A stretch of DNA of 64,000 nt from an uncultured Eubacteriales bacterium. Its GTDB lineage: Bacteria > Bacillota > Clostridia > Christensenellales > Aristaeellaceae. Below, in pieces: positions 1 through 9,466 of this stretch; position 1 is the first letter of the stretch; each line of letters starts with the position of its first letter. The stretch lies in the NCBI GenBank assembly GCA_902800625.1, contig CADCFG010000004.1, positions 52,816 through 116,815 of the forward strand. The letters run 5' to 3'. The notes under the pieces were generated by a model. It was not told the DNA's origin. It did no database searches and was given only the letters and a program-made list of their open reading frames with translations. The position numbers were made by a program, and so were the translations under genes.

Positions 1-1660
1 GGGGACAGGGGCAAGGGTGGTCCAGTGATCCACACACCGGGCAGGGCTCGCCGTCGCGCAGCTGCTCCCTGGCGATGTAGCCCGCCTGGGCGTCCAGGAA
101 CGCCGTGCGAAGGCTGCTGTACTCGGCGTCGGCCTCGAGGAAGGCCGCCCGGGCGTCGGCATAGGCCCGCTGGGCCCTTTCGCCGGCCTCGCGCTGCCTG
201 GCAATGTCTTCCCGGGCCTTTTGCAGCTCCGCAACCTCGCTCTGCAGGCCCTCGACCTCCTCCACGCGACGCTGCCACAGCCTCAGCCGCTCGCCTGCGC
301 CGGAGAGCTCGTCGGCACGCCGACGCACGGCCTTCGCCTCGTCCTCGAAGGCGGCGAGCGCGTGCTGCGCCTTTTCGACGTCGGCCCTGCCGATTTCGAC
401 CTGCTTTTCAAGGTAGGCCTTTTTCGCTTCGGCCTCCCGGATCTGATCCAGCATCGCCAGCGCCTTTTCCACCCGTTCCGTCACCTTGGCGCAGCTTGAA
501 AGCGCCGCATCCATGGCCTCCCTGGCGGCGGCTTCCCTGGTCTCGGCGGCGGCCTGGGCCTTTTGTAGTCCGGGCAGGATGCTGCGCTGCTCATCCAGGC
601 CTGCCTGCACGCTTGCGGCGGCCTCCTTCGCGTCGATGAAGCGCTGGTGGGCGGCCTTCAGTTCATAGGCGGCGGCGATGGCGGCGATCAGCGCGGCGGC
701 TTCGGCCATTGCCGGTTCCCGGGCCGCGCAGTCGGAAAGCTCCGCCTCCGCCCGGGCCAGCTGCTCGTGCGCCTGGTTCAAGGCGTCGGCCTGGGTCAGG
801 GCATCCCGGGCGGCGTCCCGCTGTTTGCCCAGCGCCGCGCAGCTGTCGCGGCTTTCCGAAACGCGGCCGTCCAGCCAGAGACACAGCGCGTCCAGGCCCT
901 GCATCAGCGCTTCCATCCGGGCGATGTTCATCCGGTCGGAACCGAGTAAATCCCCCTTCAGCGCCAGGAGCGCTGTGGCGCCTTCATAATCCCCGGGCAC
1001 CTCCACGTGCCCCACCTCCGCCTGGCAGGCGGTGCGGATGCGGGCCATCTCGGCGCGGCCGTCCTTCTGGCGACGCGCCAGCTCTGCGACGATGTTCTGG
1101 TACAGCTCCGTGCCGAACAGCTTGCGGAAGATCACCTTGCGGTCCTCGGATTTGGCGCGCAGCAGCGCCATGAACTCGCCCTGGGCGATCATGGCCACCT
1201 GCATGAACTGGTCCTTGTTCAGGCCCACGATCTCCACGAGTTTTTCATCTGTCTCCCTTTGATTCTGGGAATACTCCCGGCCGTCCGGCAGGATGAGGGA
1301 CACGATCTCCTTCTCGTCGGTGAAGCCGGTGCCCCGCTTAACGGGCCGCCGGTGCCGGGGCGAGCGCCGCGCGACATAGGTCATGGCCTCGCCGCCCTTT
1401 GCCTCGGAGAACGTCAGCTCCACGAAGGGGGTCAGCGACGGGTCGGCGAACTGGCTGTGCAGCTCCGCGCCGTCCTTGCGGTTCGCGCCGGAGCTGGCCT
1501 CGCCGTACAGGGCGAAAACGATGGCGTCGAAGAGGGTGGTCTTGCCCGCGCCGGTGTCGCCGGTGATCAAAAACAGGTTCTGGCCGGGGACTGTGAAGTC
1601 GACCTCCGTCCGCGCCGCATAGGAACCAAAGGCCTGCAATACCAGTTTGATCGGCTTCAT
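1..1660 (-). CDS. sbcC: SbcC/Rad50-family exonuclease ATPase subunit, N-terminal ~553 codons; the 3' end runs off the window edge
   Basis: Not in the ORF track because it has no stop in the window. Reverse translation from the ATG at 1660 gives MKPIKLVLQAFGSYAARTEVDFTVPGQNLFLITGDTGAGKTTLFDAIVFALYG (Walker A GDTGAGKT), followed by a long Ala/Glu/Arg coiled coil. An in-frame CPVCGS zinc hook lies at nt 26-43. ATGA start/stop overlap with sbcD at 1657-1660. Confidence 0.85.
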   Translation of the reverse strand, partial: MKPIKLVLQAFGSYAARTEVDFTVPGQNLFLITGDTGAGKTTLFDAIVFALYGEASSGANRKDGAELHSQFADPSLTPFVELTFSEAKGGEAMTYVARRSPRHRRPVKRGTGFTDEKEIVSLILPDGREYSQNQRETDEKLVEIVGLNKDQFMQVAMIAQGEFMALLRAKSEDRKVIFRKLFGTELYQNIVAELARRQKDGRAEMARIRTACQAEVGHVEVPGDYEGATALLALKGDLLGSDRMNIARMEALMQGLDALCLWLDGRVSESRDSCAALGKQRDAARDALTQADALNQAHEQLARAEAELSDCAAREPAMAEAAALIAAIAAAYELKAAHQRFIDAKEAAASVQAGLDEQRSILPGLQKAQAAAETREAAAREAMDAALSSCAKVTERVEKALAMLDQIREAEAKKAYLEKQVEIGRADVEKAQHALAAFEDEAKAVRRRADELSGAGERLRLWQRRVEEVEGLQSEVAELQKAREDIARQREAGERAQRAYADARAAFLEADAEYSSLRTAFLDAQAGYIAREQLRDGEPCPVCGSLDHPCPCP

Positions 1661-2808
1661 GCGCCCACCTCCTTCGCCGCGTTCACCACGTCGTTGAGCA
1701 GTGCCCGGGATTCCTCGTCCAGTTCGCCCAGGAACGCCTCACACAGGGAGAGCGCATCCAGCTCCTCCATCGGCTCCGACATGGGGCCGTAGTCGGCGGG
1801 CCGGGGAAGCTGGCGGCGAATCTCCAGCAGATGGGGGAACGCCGCTTGCAGGCGATCGTGCAGATCGAAGGCGTCCAGAGCCGCGTCGCCCTCCAGCACG
1901 GCGGTCACATAGTCCCCGCAGGCCTGACGGAGCAGCTCCTCCAGGGTTCCCCTGAGCACCTTTACCTGGCGCAGCGGCGTCAGGGGAATGACCCGGGTGG
2001 CCACGTCGCCCTTTTTGCCCAGCGTCACCTCTATGATGCCCTTCTGCTGGCCGGCCTCGCTGACGGAGGCGGCCAGGGGCGTGCCGCAGTAGCGCAGGTA
2101 TTCGCTGCCCACGCGCATGGGCTTGTGGATGTGCCCCAGGGCGGCATAGTCGAAGGGAGCGAGCACGTCCGCGCGCACGGCGTCGATATTGCCGACGGTG
2201 ACGATCTCGCTGCCCATGCGCTCCACGCTTGCGGCGTCCTGGCCCACGGGCAGGTAGAACTGGTGGCTGACCAGCACGTTGCGCTGGGACGTGTCGACGG
2301 CTTCCCGGGCGATCAGCCGGCGCAGGCTCTCGTCGTAGGACAGGTTGTTGCCGTCTTTATCCACGCCCACGATGGATTTTACCATGCTGGGCTTCACGAA
2401 GGGCAGCAGGTAGAAGTTCACCGGGCCGAATTCGTCCGAGAGGGTGACTTTCTCGATGCGCTCGCCCTCCGACATGGGCGGCAGGCCGATCAGGTGCACG
2501 CCCTGGCGGTCCAGCAGCCCCCGGTACAGGTTGAGCCGCGTCGCGCTGTCGTGGTTGCCGGAGATCAGCATGATCTCCGCCTGCGGCGCGGCCTGGGTGA
2601 GCAGCGCGATAAAGCCGTCGAAGGCGGCCACGGCCTCGGCGGAGGGAACGGCCTTGTCGTAGATGTCCCCGGCGATGACGATGGCGTCGGGCCGCTCCCG
2701 GCGCGCGGCGTCCGCGATCTGGCGGAAGATGTGGTCCTGGTCATCCGACAGGTCCCGGTTCATCAGTTTCAAGCCGATGTGCAGGTCGGACAGGTGGAAG
2801 AATCTCAT
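1657..2808 (-). CDS. sbcD: SbcD/Mre11-family nuclease subunit
   Basis: 383-aa ORF MRFFHLSDLHIGLKL... with calcineurin-like phosphoesterase motifs (DLH, GDIYD, GNHD, GHIH). Translationally coupled to sbcC. Confidence 0.9.
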   Translation of the reverse strand: MRFFHLSDLHIGLKLMNRDLSDDQDHIFRQIADAARRERPDAIVIAGDIYDKAVPSAEAVAAFDGFIALLTQAAPQAEIMLISGNHDSATRLNLYRGLLDRQGVHLIGLPPMSEGERIEKVTLSDEFGPVNFYLLPFVKPSMVKSIVGVDKDGNNLSYDESLRRLIAREAVDTSQRNVLVSHQFYLPVGQDAASVERMGSEIVTVGNIDAVRADVLAPFDYAALGHIHKPMRVGSEYLRYCGTPLAASVSEAGQQKGIIEVTLGKKGDVATRVIPLTPLRQVKVLRGTLEELLRQACGDYVTAVLEGDAALDAFDLHDRLQAAFPHLLEIRRQLPRPADYGPMSEPMEELDALSLCEAFLGELDEESRALLNDVVNAAKEVGA

Positions 2809-2950
2809 GGCGTGCCTCCCGTGTGGAAATATCTGCCTCTATTGTAGCAGAGCGGGGGAATATGTGCAAATAAAAAAGTCATCAAGGAGAACGGCAGGTT
2901 GCGATTATGCGGGGACAAAGCACCCGCTTCAATGCCGCGGCCCGTCGAAA

Positions 2951-3026
2951 TGCACAGATCCTTCGCTGCGTTCAGGAGGACGGGGCTTCATTCCTTGTCA
3001 TCCCGAGCGCAGCGAAGGATCTGCAC
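2951..3026. repeat. Intergenic inverted repeat (REP-like hairpin): 16-bp perfect arms, 37-nt spacer
   Basis: cagatccttcgctgcg (2955-2970) pairs perfectly with cgcagcgaaggatctg (3008-3023). Lies between the HD-GYP stop (3105) and the sbcD start (2808). Confidence 0.5.
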
Positions 3027-3104
3027 ACAGTATTTCTTCAATGCGCATGGACGGTCCCATGGCTTTTTTGGCGAATCGACACAGGATTCCATGGCTTCGA
3101 TATT

Positions 3105-4796
3105 CTATGCCAAGCCGCTGTAATAGGCCTCCAGCTTTGGCTTGGCGGCCAGGTAATACGCTTCCAGCCGCTTGTCGAAGTGCCTGCCCATGCCGTCCAT
3201 GATGATGGCGTGGGCCTGCTCGAAGGACATGCTCTCCTTGTACACCCGCTTGCTCACCAGCGCGTCGTACACGTCCGCCACGGCCATGATCCGGGCCTCC
3301 AGCGGGATCTCGTCGCCCTTCAGGCCCTCCGGATAGCCGGAGCCGTCCCAGCGCTCGTGGTGGTAGTGGGCCACGTTCTCGGCGATCTGCTGGAAGTAGG
3401 CGTCGTCGGTGCCTGCGAGGATCTCGCGCACGATCCGCGCACCCTCGGCGGCGTGGGACTTCATCTTGTCGAACTCTTCAGGTGTGAACCGGCCGGGCTT
3501 GCGTAGCACGGCGTCGTCCACGGCGATCTTGCCCAGGTCGTGCATGGGCGCGGCCTTCACCACGGCCCGGCAGAACTCGTCCGTCAGCTCGAACACGTTG
3601 TCCTCGCGGATGGCCTCCACCAGCAGCCGCACGCCCTCGCTGGTGCGCTTGATGTGGCCGCCGGTGGAGTTGTCCCGGCTTTCAACCATGGTCGCCATGC
3701 CCAGCACCAGCTTGTCATGCATCTCCACGATGTGCGCCGTCTTCTCGGCCACCTCCGCCTCCAGCTGGGCGTTGTAGCGGTCCACCAGGGCGATGTGCTG
3801 CTGGTTCTCGGTGTCGTCGGTGATGAACAGCTCATAGCCCCGCTTGCGGCTGCCGTCGTAGAGGTAGGTAGTTTTGACCAGATAGATGCTGTCGTCCCGC
3901 TCGTAGTAGTGGGAATCCTGGCTCTCGTCGTCCCGGAACGCCTCCAGCCAGGGGCGCACGATGTCCTGCATCTGCTTGTCCCGCCGGATGGACCGGTCCA
4001 CGGTCAGGTTGTTCAGGTTGGGAAAGATGGCCTTAGCGGTTTCATTGCTGCCCAGGTAGTGGAAGCCGAAGTCGAAGCTCACCAGTCCCGTGTTGCCGCT
4101 CTGCACCAGGGAATCCACGGCGGTGTCGGTGATGTCATACAGGCAGATGCGGTACACGATCACCAGGCTGGTGGCCAGCGCGATGTCGAAGGCCGCGGGC
4201 ACCAGTTCCACCCGGGGGAACAGCTGCCGTCCGCCGTAGAAGGCCACCATGCACACCACCACCGGGAAAAATAGCAGCCCCAGCATCTTCCGGGACACCT
4301 GGTTCTTGCGGATGTAGCAGTAGACGATGGCGCCCACGCTCATCAGGAAGTAGACCAGGATCATCGCCACGAACAGGCTGTGCACCGGCCCGTATTCCTT
4401 GGTGAGCACCGCCGTGCCCTCCACGCGCTCAAAGGCGATGCTCTTGTAGAAGAAGTCAGCCCGGCCCATGGACATGGCCGCGACGAACACCGCCGTGGAC
4501 ACCAACACCATCGCCACCCGCAGCCAGCGATTCAGCTTAATCTGGCACATGCTGAACACCACGAAGGTGATGTTCATCATCAGGTAGCACCCGCCCACGT
4601 AGGTCAGCCGGTTGGCCACCAGCGCCGCCTCCAGCGTCTCGGCGCGGCTGAGCATGGCCCAGCCCAGGTTCGTCACAGACACCAACACGAAGGTCAGCGT
4701 GATGTGCACGTCGAAGTGCTTGTGCCACATGAACACATACACCAGCGTCATCAGCAGCGAGAGCGCCAGCGCGATGTCGTAATAGGTGGTTATCAT
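3105..4796 (-). CDS. Membrane (about 7 TM) sensor protein with a C-terminal HD-GYP domain (putative c-di-GMP phosphodiesterase)
   Basis: 563-aa ORF. Hydrophobic N-terminal ~220 aa. C-terminal HDLGKIAV...HHERWDGSGYPEGL...VADVYDAL, i.e. HD plus GYP signatures. Confidence 0.85.
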   Translation of the reverse strand: MITTYYDIALALSLLMTLVYVFMWHKHFDVHITLTFVLVSVTNLGWAMLSRAETLEAALVANRLTYVGGCYLMMNITFVVFSMCQIKLNRWLRVAMVLVSTAVFVAAMSMGRADFFYKSIAFERVEGTAVLTKEYGPVHSLFVAMILVYFLMSVGAIVYCYIRKNQVSRKMLGLLFFPVVVCMVAFYGGRQLFPRVELVPAAFDIALATSLVIVYRICLYDITDTAVDSLVQSGNTGLVSFDFGFHYLGSNETAKAIFPNLNNLTVDRSIRRDKQMQDIVRPWLEAFRDDESQDSHYYERDDSIYLVKTTYLYDGSRKRGYELFITDDTENQQHIALVDRYNAQLEAEVAEKTAHIVEMHDKLVLGMATMVESRDNSTGGHIKRTSEGVRLLVEAIREDNVFELTDEFCRAVVKAAPMHDLGKIAVDDAVLRKPGRFTPEEFDKMKSHAAEGARIVREILAGTDDAYFQQIAENVAHYHHERWDGSGYPEGLKGDEIPLEARIMAVADVYDALVSKRVYKESMSFEQAHAIIMDGMGRHFDKRLEAYYLAAKPKLEAYYSGLA

Positions 4797-4917
4797 ACGA
4801 TCCCTCCCACAGGGATAATCTCCTCACGGGCATAAGCATAGCAGAGCCAGGTTAACTGCAGGTTGCCTTTGGGTGAGAAGCCCATGAGAACGCCGTGAGA
4901 AATGGGCGCTTTCGCCC

Positions 4918-4946
4918 TTGACGGCGCTGACCGGGCCAGCTATAAT
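4918..4946 (+). promoter_or_regulatory. Candidate sigma-70-type promoter for the 5000-6820 operon
   Basis: TTGACG (4918-4923), 17-nt spacer, TATAAT (4941-4946). GGAGGA RBS lies before the ATG at 5000. Confidence 0.45.
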
Positions 4947-4999
4947 ATGAGCGGAGTGATAGAAATTATGGGCGCTGCCCATCAAATGGAGGATGCCAT

Positions 5000-5857
5000 A
5001 TGAATACATTTCCCCGGACTGAAGTGGAGGGCGTTTCTCTCTCCCGCATGATTATCGGCACCAACTGGATCCTGGGCTGGAGCCACCGCAGCCCCGCTGC
5101 GGACCGGCAGATCAAGAACCGCTTTCCCGCCGGCGCGCAGGTGGTGCCGCTGCTGAAGACCTTCCTGGACGAAGGCGTGGACACCATCATGGGCCCGCTG
5201 CAGCAGGAGCGGGTGATGCAGGAGGCCGTGCAGGAGACCATGCAGGCCACGGGCAGGGAGCTGATCCTGATCGACACGCCCATCATCAACGTGGACGACA
5301 CCGAGGAGGGCCGCAAGCAGGCTCGGGCCACCATCCACCGCAGCAAGACGTGCGGCGCGAAGCTGTGCCTGATCCACCACTCCAGCGCCGAGCAGCTGGT
5401 GAACAAGAACAAGCACGCCATCCAGCGCATCGACGACTACACCGACATGATCCGCCAGGAGGGCATGATCCCCGGCCTGTCCTGCCACATGCCGGAGCTG
5501 ATCACCTATTCCGACGAGAACGGCTACGACGTGCAGACCTACATCCAGATCTACAACTGCATGGGCTTTTTGATGCAGGTGGAGATCGAGACCGTGGCCG
5601 CCATCATCAACAGCGCGAAAAAGCCGGTGATGACCATCAAGCCCTTCGCCGCGGGCCGCACCACGCCCTATGTGGGATTGAACTTCGTGTGGAACACCAT
5701 CCGCGACTGCGACATGGTCACCGTGGGCTGCACCCATCCTGACGAGGCCGCCGAGGACATCGAGATCTCCCGCGCCGCGCTGGAGCGCCGCTTTCCGGAC
5801 ATTGAAAAACGGGCCAGCCCCAACGCCCACCAGGACGCCTTCGGCAAGGCGAAATAG
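5000..5857 (+). CDS. Hypothetical protein, function not recognised
   Basis: 285-aa ORF with a good RBS and non-repetitive composition, 9 nt upstream of the next gene. No motif I can name with confidence. Confidence 0.6.
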   Translation: MNTFPRTEVEGVSLSRMIIGTNWILGWSHRSPAADRQIKNRFPAGAQVVPLLKTFLDEGVDTIMGPLQQERVMQEAVQETMQATGRELILIDTPIINVDDTEEGRKQARATIHRSKTCGAKLCLIHHSSAEQLVNKNKHAIQRIDDYTDMIRQEGMIPGLSCHMPELITYSDENGYDVQTYIQIYNCMGFLMQVEIETVAAIINSAKKPVMTIKPFAAGRTTPYVGLNFVWNTIRDCDMVTVGCTHPDEAAEDIEISRAALERRFPDIEKRASPNAHQDAFGKAK

Positions 5858-5866
5858 GAGGATGCC

Positions 5867-6820
5867 ATGCAGCACATGCCCTTTCTGAACGCCTACACCT
5901 TCGGCTTCTGCGAGAAGCGGGGCTTCACCGCGGGCTCGGCCTGGAAGGCGTCCCTTCAACTGATGGCCCGGTCCACCGGCTGCAACGCCATCATACTGCC
6001 CGTCACCGCCTGGCAGGAGCATCCCTGGTCCACCGAGGTCGTGTCCGATTCCTCCGACGTGATGGACGAGGCGGACGTGGCCGCGGTGTGCGCCGAGGCG
6101 AAAAGGCTGGGCCTGAAGGTGATATTGAAGGCCATGGTGAACTGTCGGGACGGCGCCTGGCGGGCCTACATCCACTTCTTCGACCCGCCCGTGCCCACCG
6201 AGCCCAACTGGTCGGACTGGTTCCCGAGCTGGACCGCCCACGTCTGCCGCGTGGCGGACATGGCCCGCCAGAACGATGTGGACATGCTGTGCGTGGGCTG
6301 CGAGATGGTGGGCACCGACGGCCAGGCGGGCCACTGGCGCGCTCTGATCGCCGAGGCACGCAAGCGCTATGGCGGCCCCATCACCTACAACTGCGACAAG
6401 TACCAGGAGGACCGGGTCACCTGGTGGGACGCCGTGGACGTGATCTCCTCCTCCGGCTATTATCCCATCGACCAGCTGGATGAGCACTTCGAGCGCATCC
6501 GCGCCGCGGCGGAGAAGGCCGACCGCCCCTTCATGTTCATGGAGTGCGGCTGCCCCGCCCGGGTGGGCAGCGAGTACCGGCCCAACGACTGGCGCTTCGG
6601 CGAGGGCATTGACATGGACGTGCAGCGGCGCTGGTACGAGGCCTTCACCGACGCGATCAGGCGCCATCCCTTTGTGCGAGGCACGGGCTGGTGGGACTGG
6701 TCCGCCACCCGGCTCTATCCCGAGTTCGCTGGGCCGGACAACAACGGCTACTGCACCTGGGGCAAGCCGGCCAACGAAGTGCTGAAGCGCTTCGCGGGGG
6801 ATATAGGGGAAGCGTATTGA
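5867..6820 (+). CDS. Putative TIM-barrel glycoside hydrolase-like protein (GH113/GH5-like); assignment tentative
   Basis: 317-aa ORF. The pattern ...LKAMVNCRDGAWRAYIHF...CVGCEM...YYP...FMECGCP...WWDW resembles clan GH-A barrels. No search was possible. Confidence 0.5.
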   Translation: MQHMPFLNAYTFGFCEKRGFTAGSAWKASLQLMARSTGCNAIILPVTAWQEHPWSTEVVSDSSDVMDEADVAAVCAEAKRLGLKVILKAMVNCRDGAWRAYIHFFDPPVPTEPNWSDWFPSWTAHVCRVADMARQNDVDMLCVGCEMVGTDGQAGHWRALIAEARKRYGGPITYNCDKYQEDRVTWWDAVDVISSSGYYPIDQLDEHFERIRAAAEKADRPFMFMECGCPARVGSEYRPNDWRFGEGIDMDVQRRWYEAFTDAIRRHPFVRGTGWWDWSATRLYPEFAGPDNNGYCTWGKPANEVLKRFAGDIGEAY

Positions 6821-7024
6821 TAAAGCACTGGCAGCTTCAAAGGCGACAGGATCAGGGTTGCCTCAAAACGATTTCGCTTTGAGACAACCCCTGTGTTCAT
6901 AACGTATGTGGATTCTCTTTCTCTCGCGCAGGGGAACATGTCGCGAAACCGGAATTTGGCAGTCAAAGGTATACACATCTGCGACACACGGTTGGCTGTA
7001 TCCCCAATGACCAGCCTGTTGTTT

Positions 7025-7569
7025 TCAATGCGCATTGGATTTCCTGTCAGTGACGTATTTACACAAATCATGGTCACGGATCAATAAAAGGGTCTTATAT
7101 TCCCGCTGATTCCATGCTTGCAGTCCCTCTTTTTCCAACACGCTCTTGCTCTTTCCCAATGCATCCTCAATGGAATAGAGTACATACCTGAATCCGGGCT
7201 TTATTTCATTCTCCGAATAATGGCATTGACCTTTCACTGGATTGACCTTGCAAAAGTACAGCCGACTAATCTGATGCCACAGCTTCGGCTCACGGATGGA
7301 CATTCTTTTTTCTTCAATTTCGCCGAAAGGTTCTATTGTGTCAGGAATCACATCATATCAGGTTTCTTCCTTGACTTCCCTCACCAGTGCCTGGCAATCG
7401 TCTTCACCGTCGTCGATCCCTCCGCTGGCAGCTTTAGTTCTCCGGAATCGCCCTCTATCATCAATAGCTTTCCATAAACAAAAATGATCCCTCGCACGGC
7501 CGCTCGATAGATCTCCTCTAAATCAGGCGGGTAATTCATCTCGTCCAGAATCAGTATTTTCTTCATCAC
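7025..7569 (-). pseudogene. NUDIX hydrolase gene inactivated by one frameshift and one nonsense codon
   Basis: ORFs 7381-7569 and 7025-7351 are pieces of one gene. Restoring a 1-nt deletion near 7421-7425 and reading through the TGA (plus-strand tca at 7358-7360) gives ...KLPAGGIDDGEDDCQALVREVKEET*YDVIPDT... This is the NUDIX box GX5EX7REUXEEXGU with the conserved Gly codon mutated to a stop (GGA to TGA). The region is visibly AT-richer than its flanks. Confidence 0.7.
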
Positions 7570-7658
7570 AGCACCTCCGCGAAGCCTGCTTTTCTCGAAG
7601 CATCGTTCGCCTCATGGATTCATGTCCCCAGGACGATTCACGCGCCGTCGGGCGCAAT

Positions 7659-8981
7659 TCATTGTCGGGACAACGATGCCACAGTCTCGACGTGCCCCGT
7701 CCACGCGAACATATCCACGGGCTGGGCCCATTCCAGCCTGTAGCCCCCGGCGGACAGCAGCTTTACGTCCCTGGCCAGGGTGGCGGGGTTGCAGGAGACG
7801 TAGGCGAGGACGGGAATCTTCGCGGCGATGAGGGCCTCCAGCAGCGCGGCGTCGCAGCCCTTGCGGGGCGGGTCGAGTATGGCGGCGTCAAAGCGCTGAC
7901 CCCGGCCCAGCAGCCGGGGGATCTCCCTGGCCGCGTCGCCGCAGATGAAGCGCGCCCTGCCCGCGAGGCCGTTGCGCTGGGCGTTGCGCTTGGCGTCGGC
8001 GATGGCCGGGGCGACGATCTCGATGCCCAGGGCGGACTTCGCCTGCCGCGCCGCCGCAAGCGTGATGGTGCCCGCGCCGCAGTAGGCATCCAGCACGATC
8101 AAACCGCAGCCCGGGCCGATGCCGGCGGCTTCCAGCGCGCAGGCGTAGAGCCGCTCGGTCTGCACGGGATTCACCTGGAAAAACGACTGGGGCGACACTT
8201 CGAATTCCAGCTCCAGCAGCGTCTCCTTCAGCGCCTCCGCGCCCCACAGCCGCGCGCAGCGGCCGTCCAGCGCATGGGCGGGGCGGCGGTTCAGCTGGCA
8301 GAACCACAGCGATTTCAGATCGGGCAGGGCGCATTTCAGCGCGGGGATGAGCCTTTCGATCTCAGACCGCACCGGCGCGTCCGCGCAGACGACCAGCATC
8401 AGCTCTCCCGCGCGGTTTACCCGGGTGACCAGGTACTTGAGCTGTCTTGCGCAGGGGAGGGCGTTCAGGTTTTCCGAGAACCAGCGCAGCGCAAGGCTGC
8501 TCTGGGACGCATGCAGCAGGCAGTTATCGATGGGCACGATGCGGCTGCTGGCCGCGGCGTGCATGCCGATCACGGGCCGCCCGTCCTGCCAGGCGATGGG
8601 ATACTCCGCCTTGTTGCGATAGCGCTCGGGCGTCTCGCAGCCCAGGGTTTCCCGTACCTGGGGCGCTTCCACGCCGCCCAGCCGCGTCAGCGCGTCATAG
8701 ACGATCTGCCGCTTCAGCTCAAGCGTGCGCCCGTAGGCCATGTGCCGCCCCTGGCAGCCGCCGCACGTCCCTGCGTGGGGACAGGCGGGCTCGACGCGGT
8801 CGGCAGACGGCTCCAAAACAGCAGAAAGAGACGCTTCGCAGAAGCGCCCCTTCTCCTGGGTGATCTCGATTTGAACGACCTCGCCGGGAATCGCGCCGGG
8901 CACGAACACCGCGCGGCCGTCGGCCAGGCGGCCAACCCCCTGCAGCTGGGAGCCGACGCCGGTGATGGCGATCCTCTCCAT
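7659..8981 (-). CDS. rlmD: 23S rRNA (uracil-C5)-methyltransferase, RlmD/RumA family (TRAM + 4Fe-4S + SAM MTase)
   Basis: Start trimmed to MERIAITGVGSQLQG (ATG at 8981), a 1-nt overlap with the upstream ORF stop. Motifs: CPHAGTCGGCQ cluster, DAYCGAGTITL SAM site, DPPRKG, VSCNPATLARD. Confidence 0.85.
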   Translation of the reverse strand: MERIAITGVGSQLQGVGRLADGRAVFVPGAIPGEVVQIEITQEKGRFCEASLSAVLEPSADRVEPACPHAGTCGGCQGRHMAYGRTLELKRQIVYDALTRLGGVEAPQVRETLGCETPERYRNKAEYPIAWQDGRPVIGMHAAASSRIVPIDNCLLHASQSSLALRWFSENLNALPCARQLKYLVTRVNRAGELMLVVCADAPVRSEIERLIPALKCALPDLKSLWFCQLNRRPAHALDGRCARLWGAEALKETLLELEFEVSPQSFFQVNPVQTERLYACALEAAGIGPGCGLIVLDAYCGAGTITLAAARQAKSALGIEIVAPAIADAKRNAQRNGLAGRARFICGDAAREIPRLLGRGQRFDAAILDPPRKGCDAALLEALIAAKIPVLAYVSCNPATLARDVKLLSAGGYRLEWAQPVDMFAWTGHVETVASLSRQ

Positions 8982-9190
8982 TACAGCCCCTGCTCCATCA
9001 GGAACATCCGGGCTTCCTCGGCCTCGGATTCCAGCGCCTTGATCTCGATGTCCTCGGCGTGGGCGCTCTGGGGCTGCTTCCAGTCGCACAGGAAGCCTGC
9101 CTGGCGCAGCAGGTCGTCGATCTGCCGGGCCTGCGCTTCTCCGCGGGCGATGTAAATGACGCGCCAGGGCGCGCTGTGACCGGGCCGCAT
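8981..9190 (-). CDS. Small hypothetical protein (69 aa), co-transcribed with rlmD
   Basis: MRPGHSAPWRVIYIARGEAQ... The start at 9190 is preceded by a GGGGGTG RBS. The longer track ORF (to 9328) would overlap the promoter and terminator found upstream. Confidence 0.45.
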   Translation of the reverse strand: MRPGHSAPWRVIYIARGEAQARQIDDLLRQAGFLCDWKQPQSAHAEDIEIKALESEAEEARMFLMEQGL

Positions 9191-9218
9191 GAAGTTCACC
9201 CCCTTGTGTATTGCTTTC

Positions 9219-9247
9219 ATTATACCGTCAACAGGCACATAAGTCAA
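9219..9247 (-). promoter_or_regulatory. Candidate promoter for the small ORF-rlmD operon
   Basis: Minus strand: TTGACT (9242-9247), 17 nt, TATAAT (9219-9224), immediately after the pyrH terminator. Confidence 0.45.
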
Positions 9248-9250
9248 CAT

Positions 9251-9281
9251 AAAAAGGCCGTCGGACGGTTCTCCGACGGCC
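9251..9281 (-). terminator. Rho-independent terminator downstream of pyrH
   Basis: GGCCGTCGGA/TCCGACGGCC 10-bp perfect stem (9256-9281), followed on the minus strand by TTTTT (9251-9255). Confidence 0.6.
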
Positions 9282-9466
9282 TTAGACCGCTGACAGACAA
9301 AGCCCGCAAATGCAAAATCCCCTGACACACAGCGTGCAGGGGAGGGATTTCTGCTTCCAGTGTCAGGACAGCTTGCCCATTTCGGTTGCTTACGTCTGTG
9401 TAAACGCCCTCATTGGCAGGCTGTCCTTCCTTGTCTTGCAGGCTTTCTCAAGCCTGCATGGAATAA

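Noticed and set aside
25-1792. Several plus-strand ORFs (25-639, 709-1173, 1007-1792 and others)
   Set aside because: All overlap the minus-strand sbcC frame, which carries a Walker A motif, a coiled coil and a zinc hook. The plus-strand products are Pro/Arg/Ala-rich with no recognisable domains.
4982-6667. 561-aa minus-strand ORF
   Set aside because: It is antisense to two plus-strand genes that have RBSs and normal composition. Its product is a Gly/Ala/Val/His/Leu-rich low-complexity sequence.
6748-7077. 109-aa minus-strand ORF bridging the end of the glycosidase-like gene and the NUDIX remnant
   Set aside because: It overlaps the 3' end of a convergent real gene, has no RBS and no recognisable motif. 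It is probably a chance ORF in the AT-rich islet.
7614-9155. 513-aa plus-strand ORF
   Set aside because: It is antisense to rlmD, which has TRAM, Fe-S and SAM-MTase motifs.
9300-9466. Several short hairpins just downstream of pyrH, for example tgcaggctt-tctc-aagcctgca at about 9437-9460 and cctgacac...gtgtcagg
   Set aside because: None has a T-run or any recognisable RNA family signature. The clear terminator lies further downstream at 9251-9281. There is not enough evidence to call an ncRNA.
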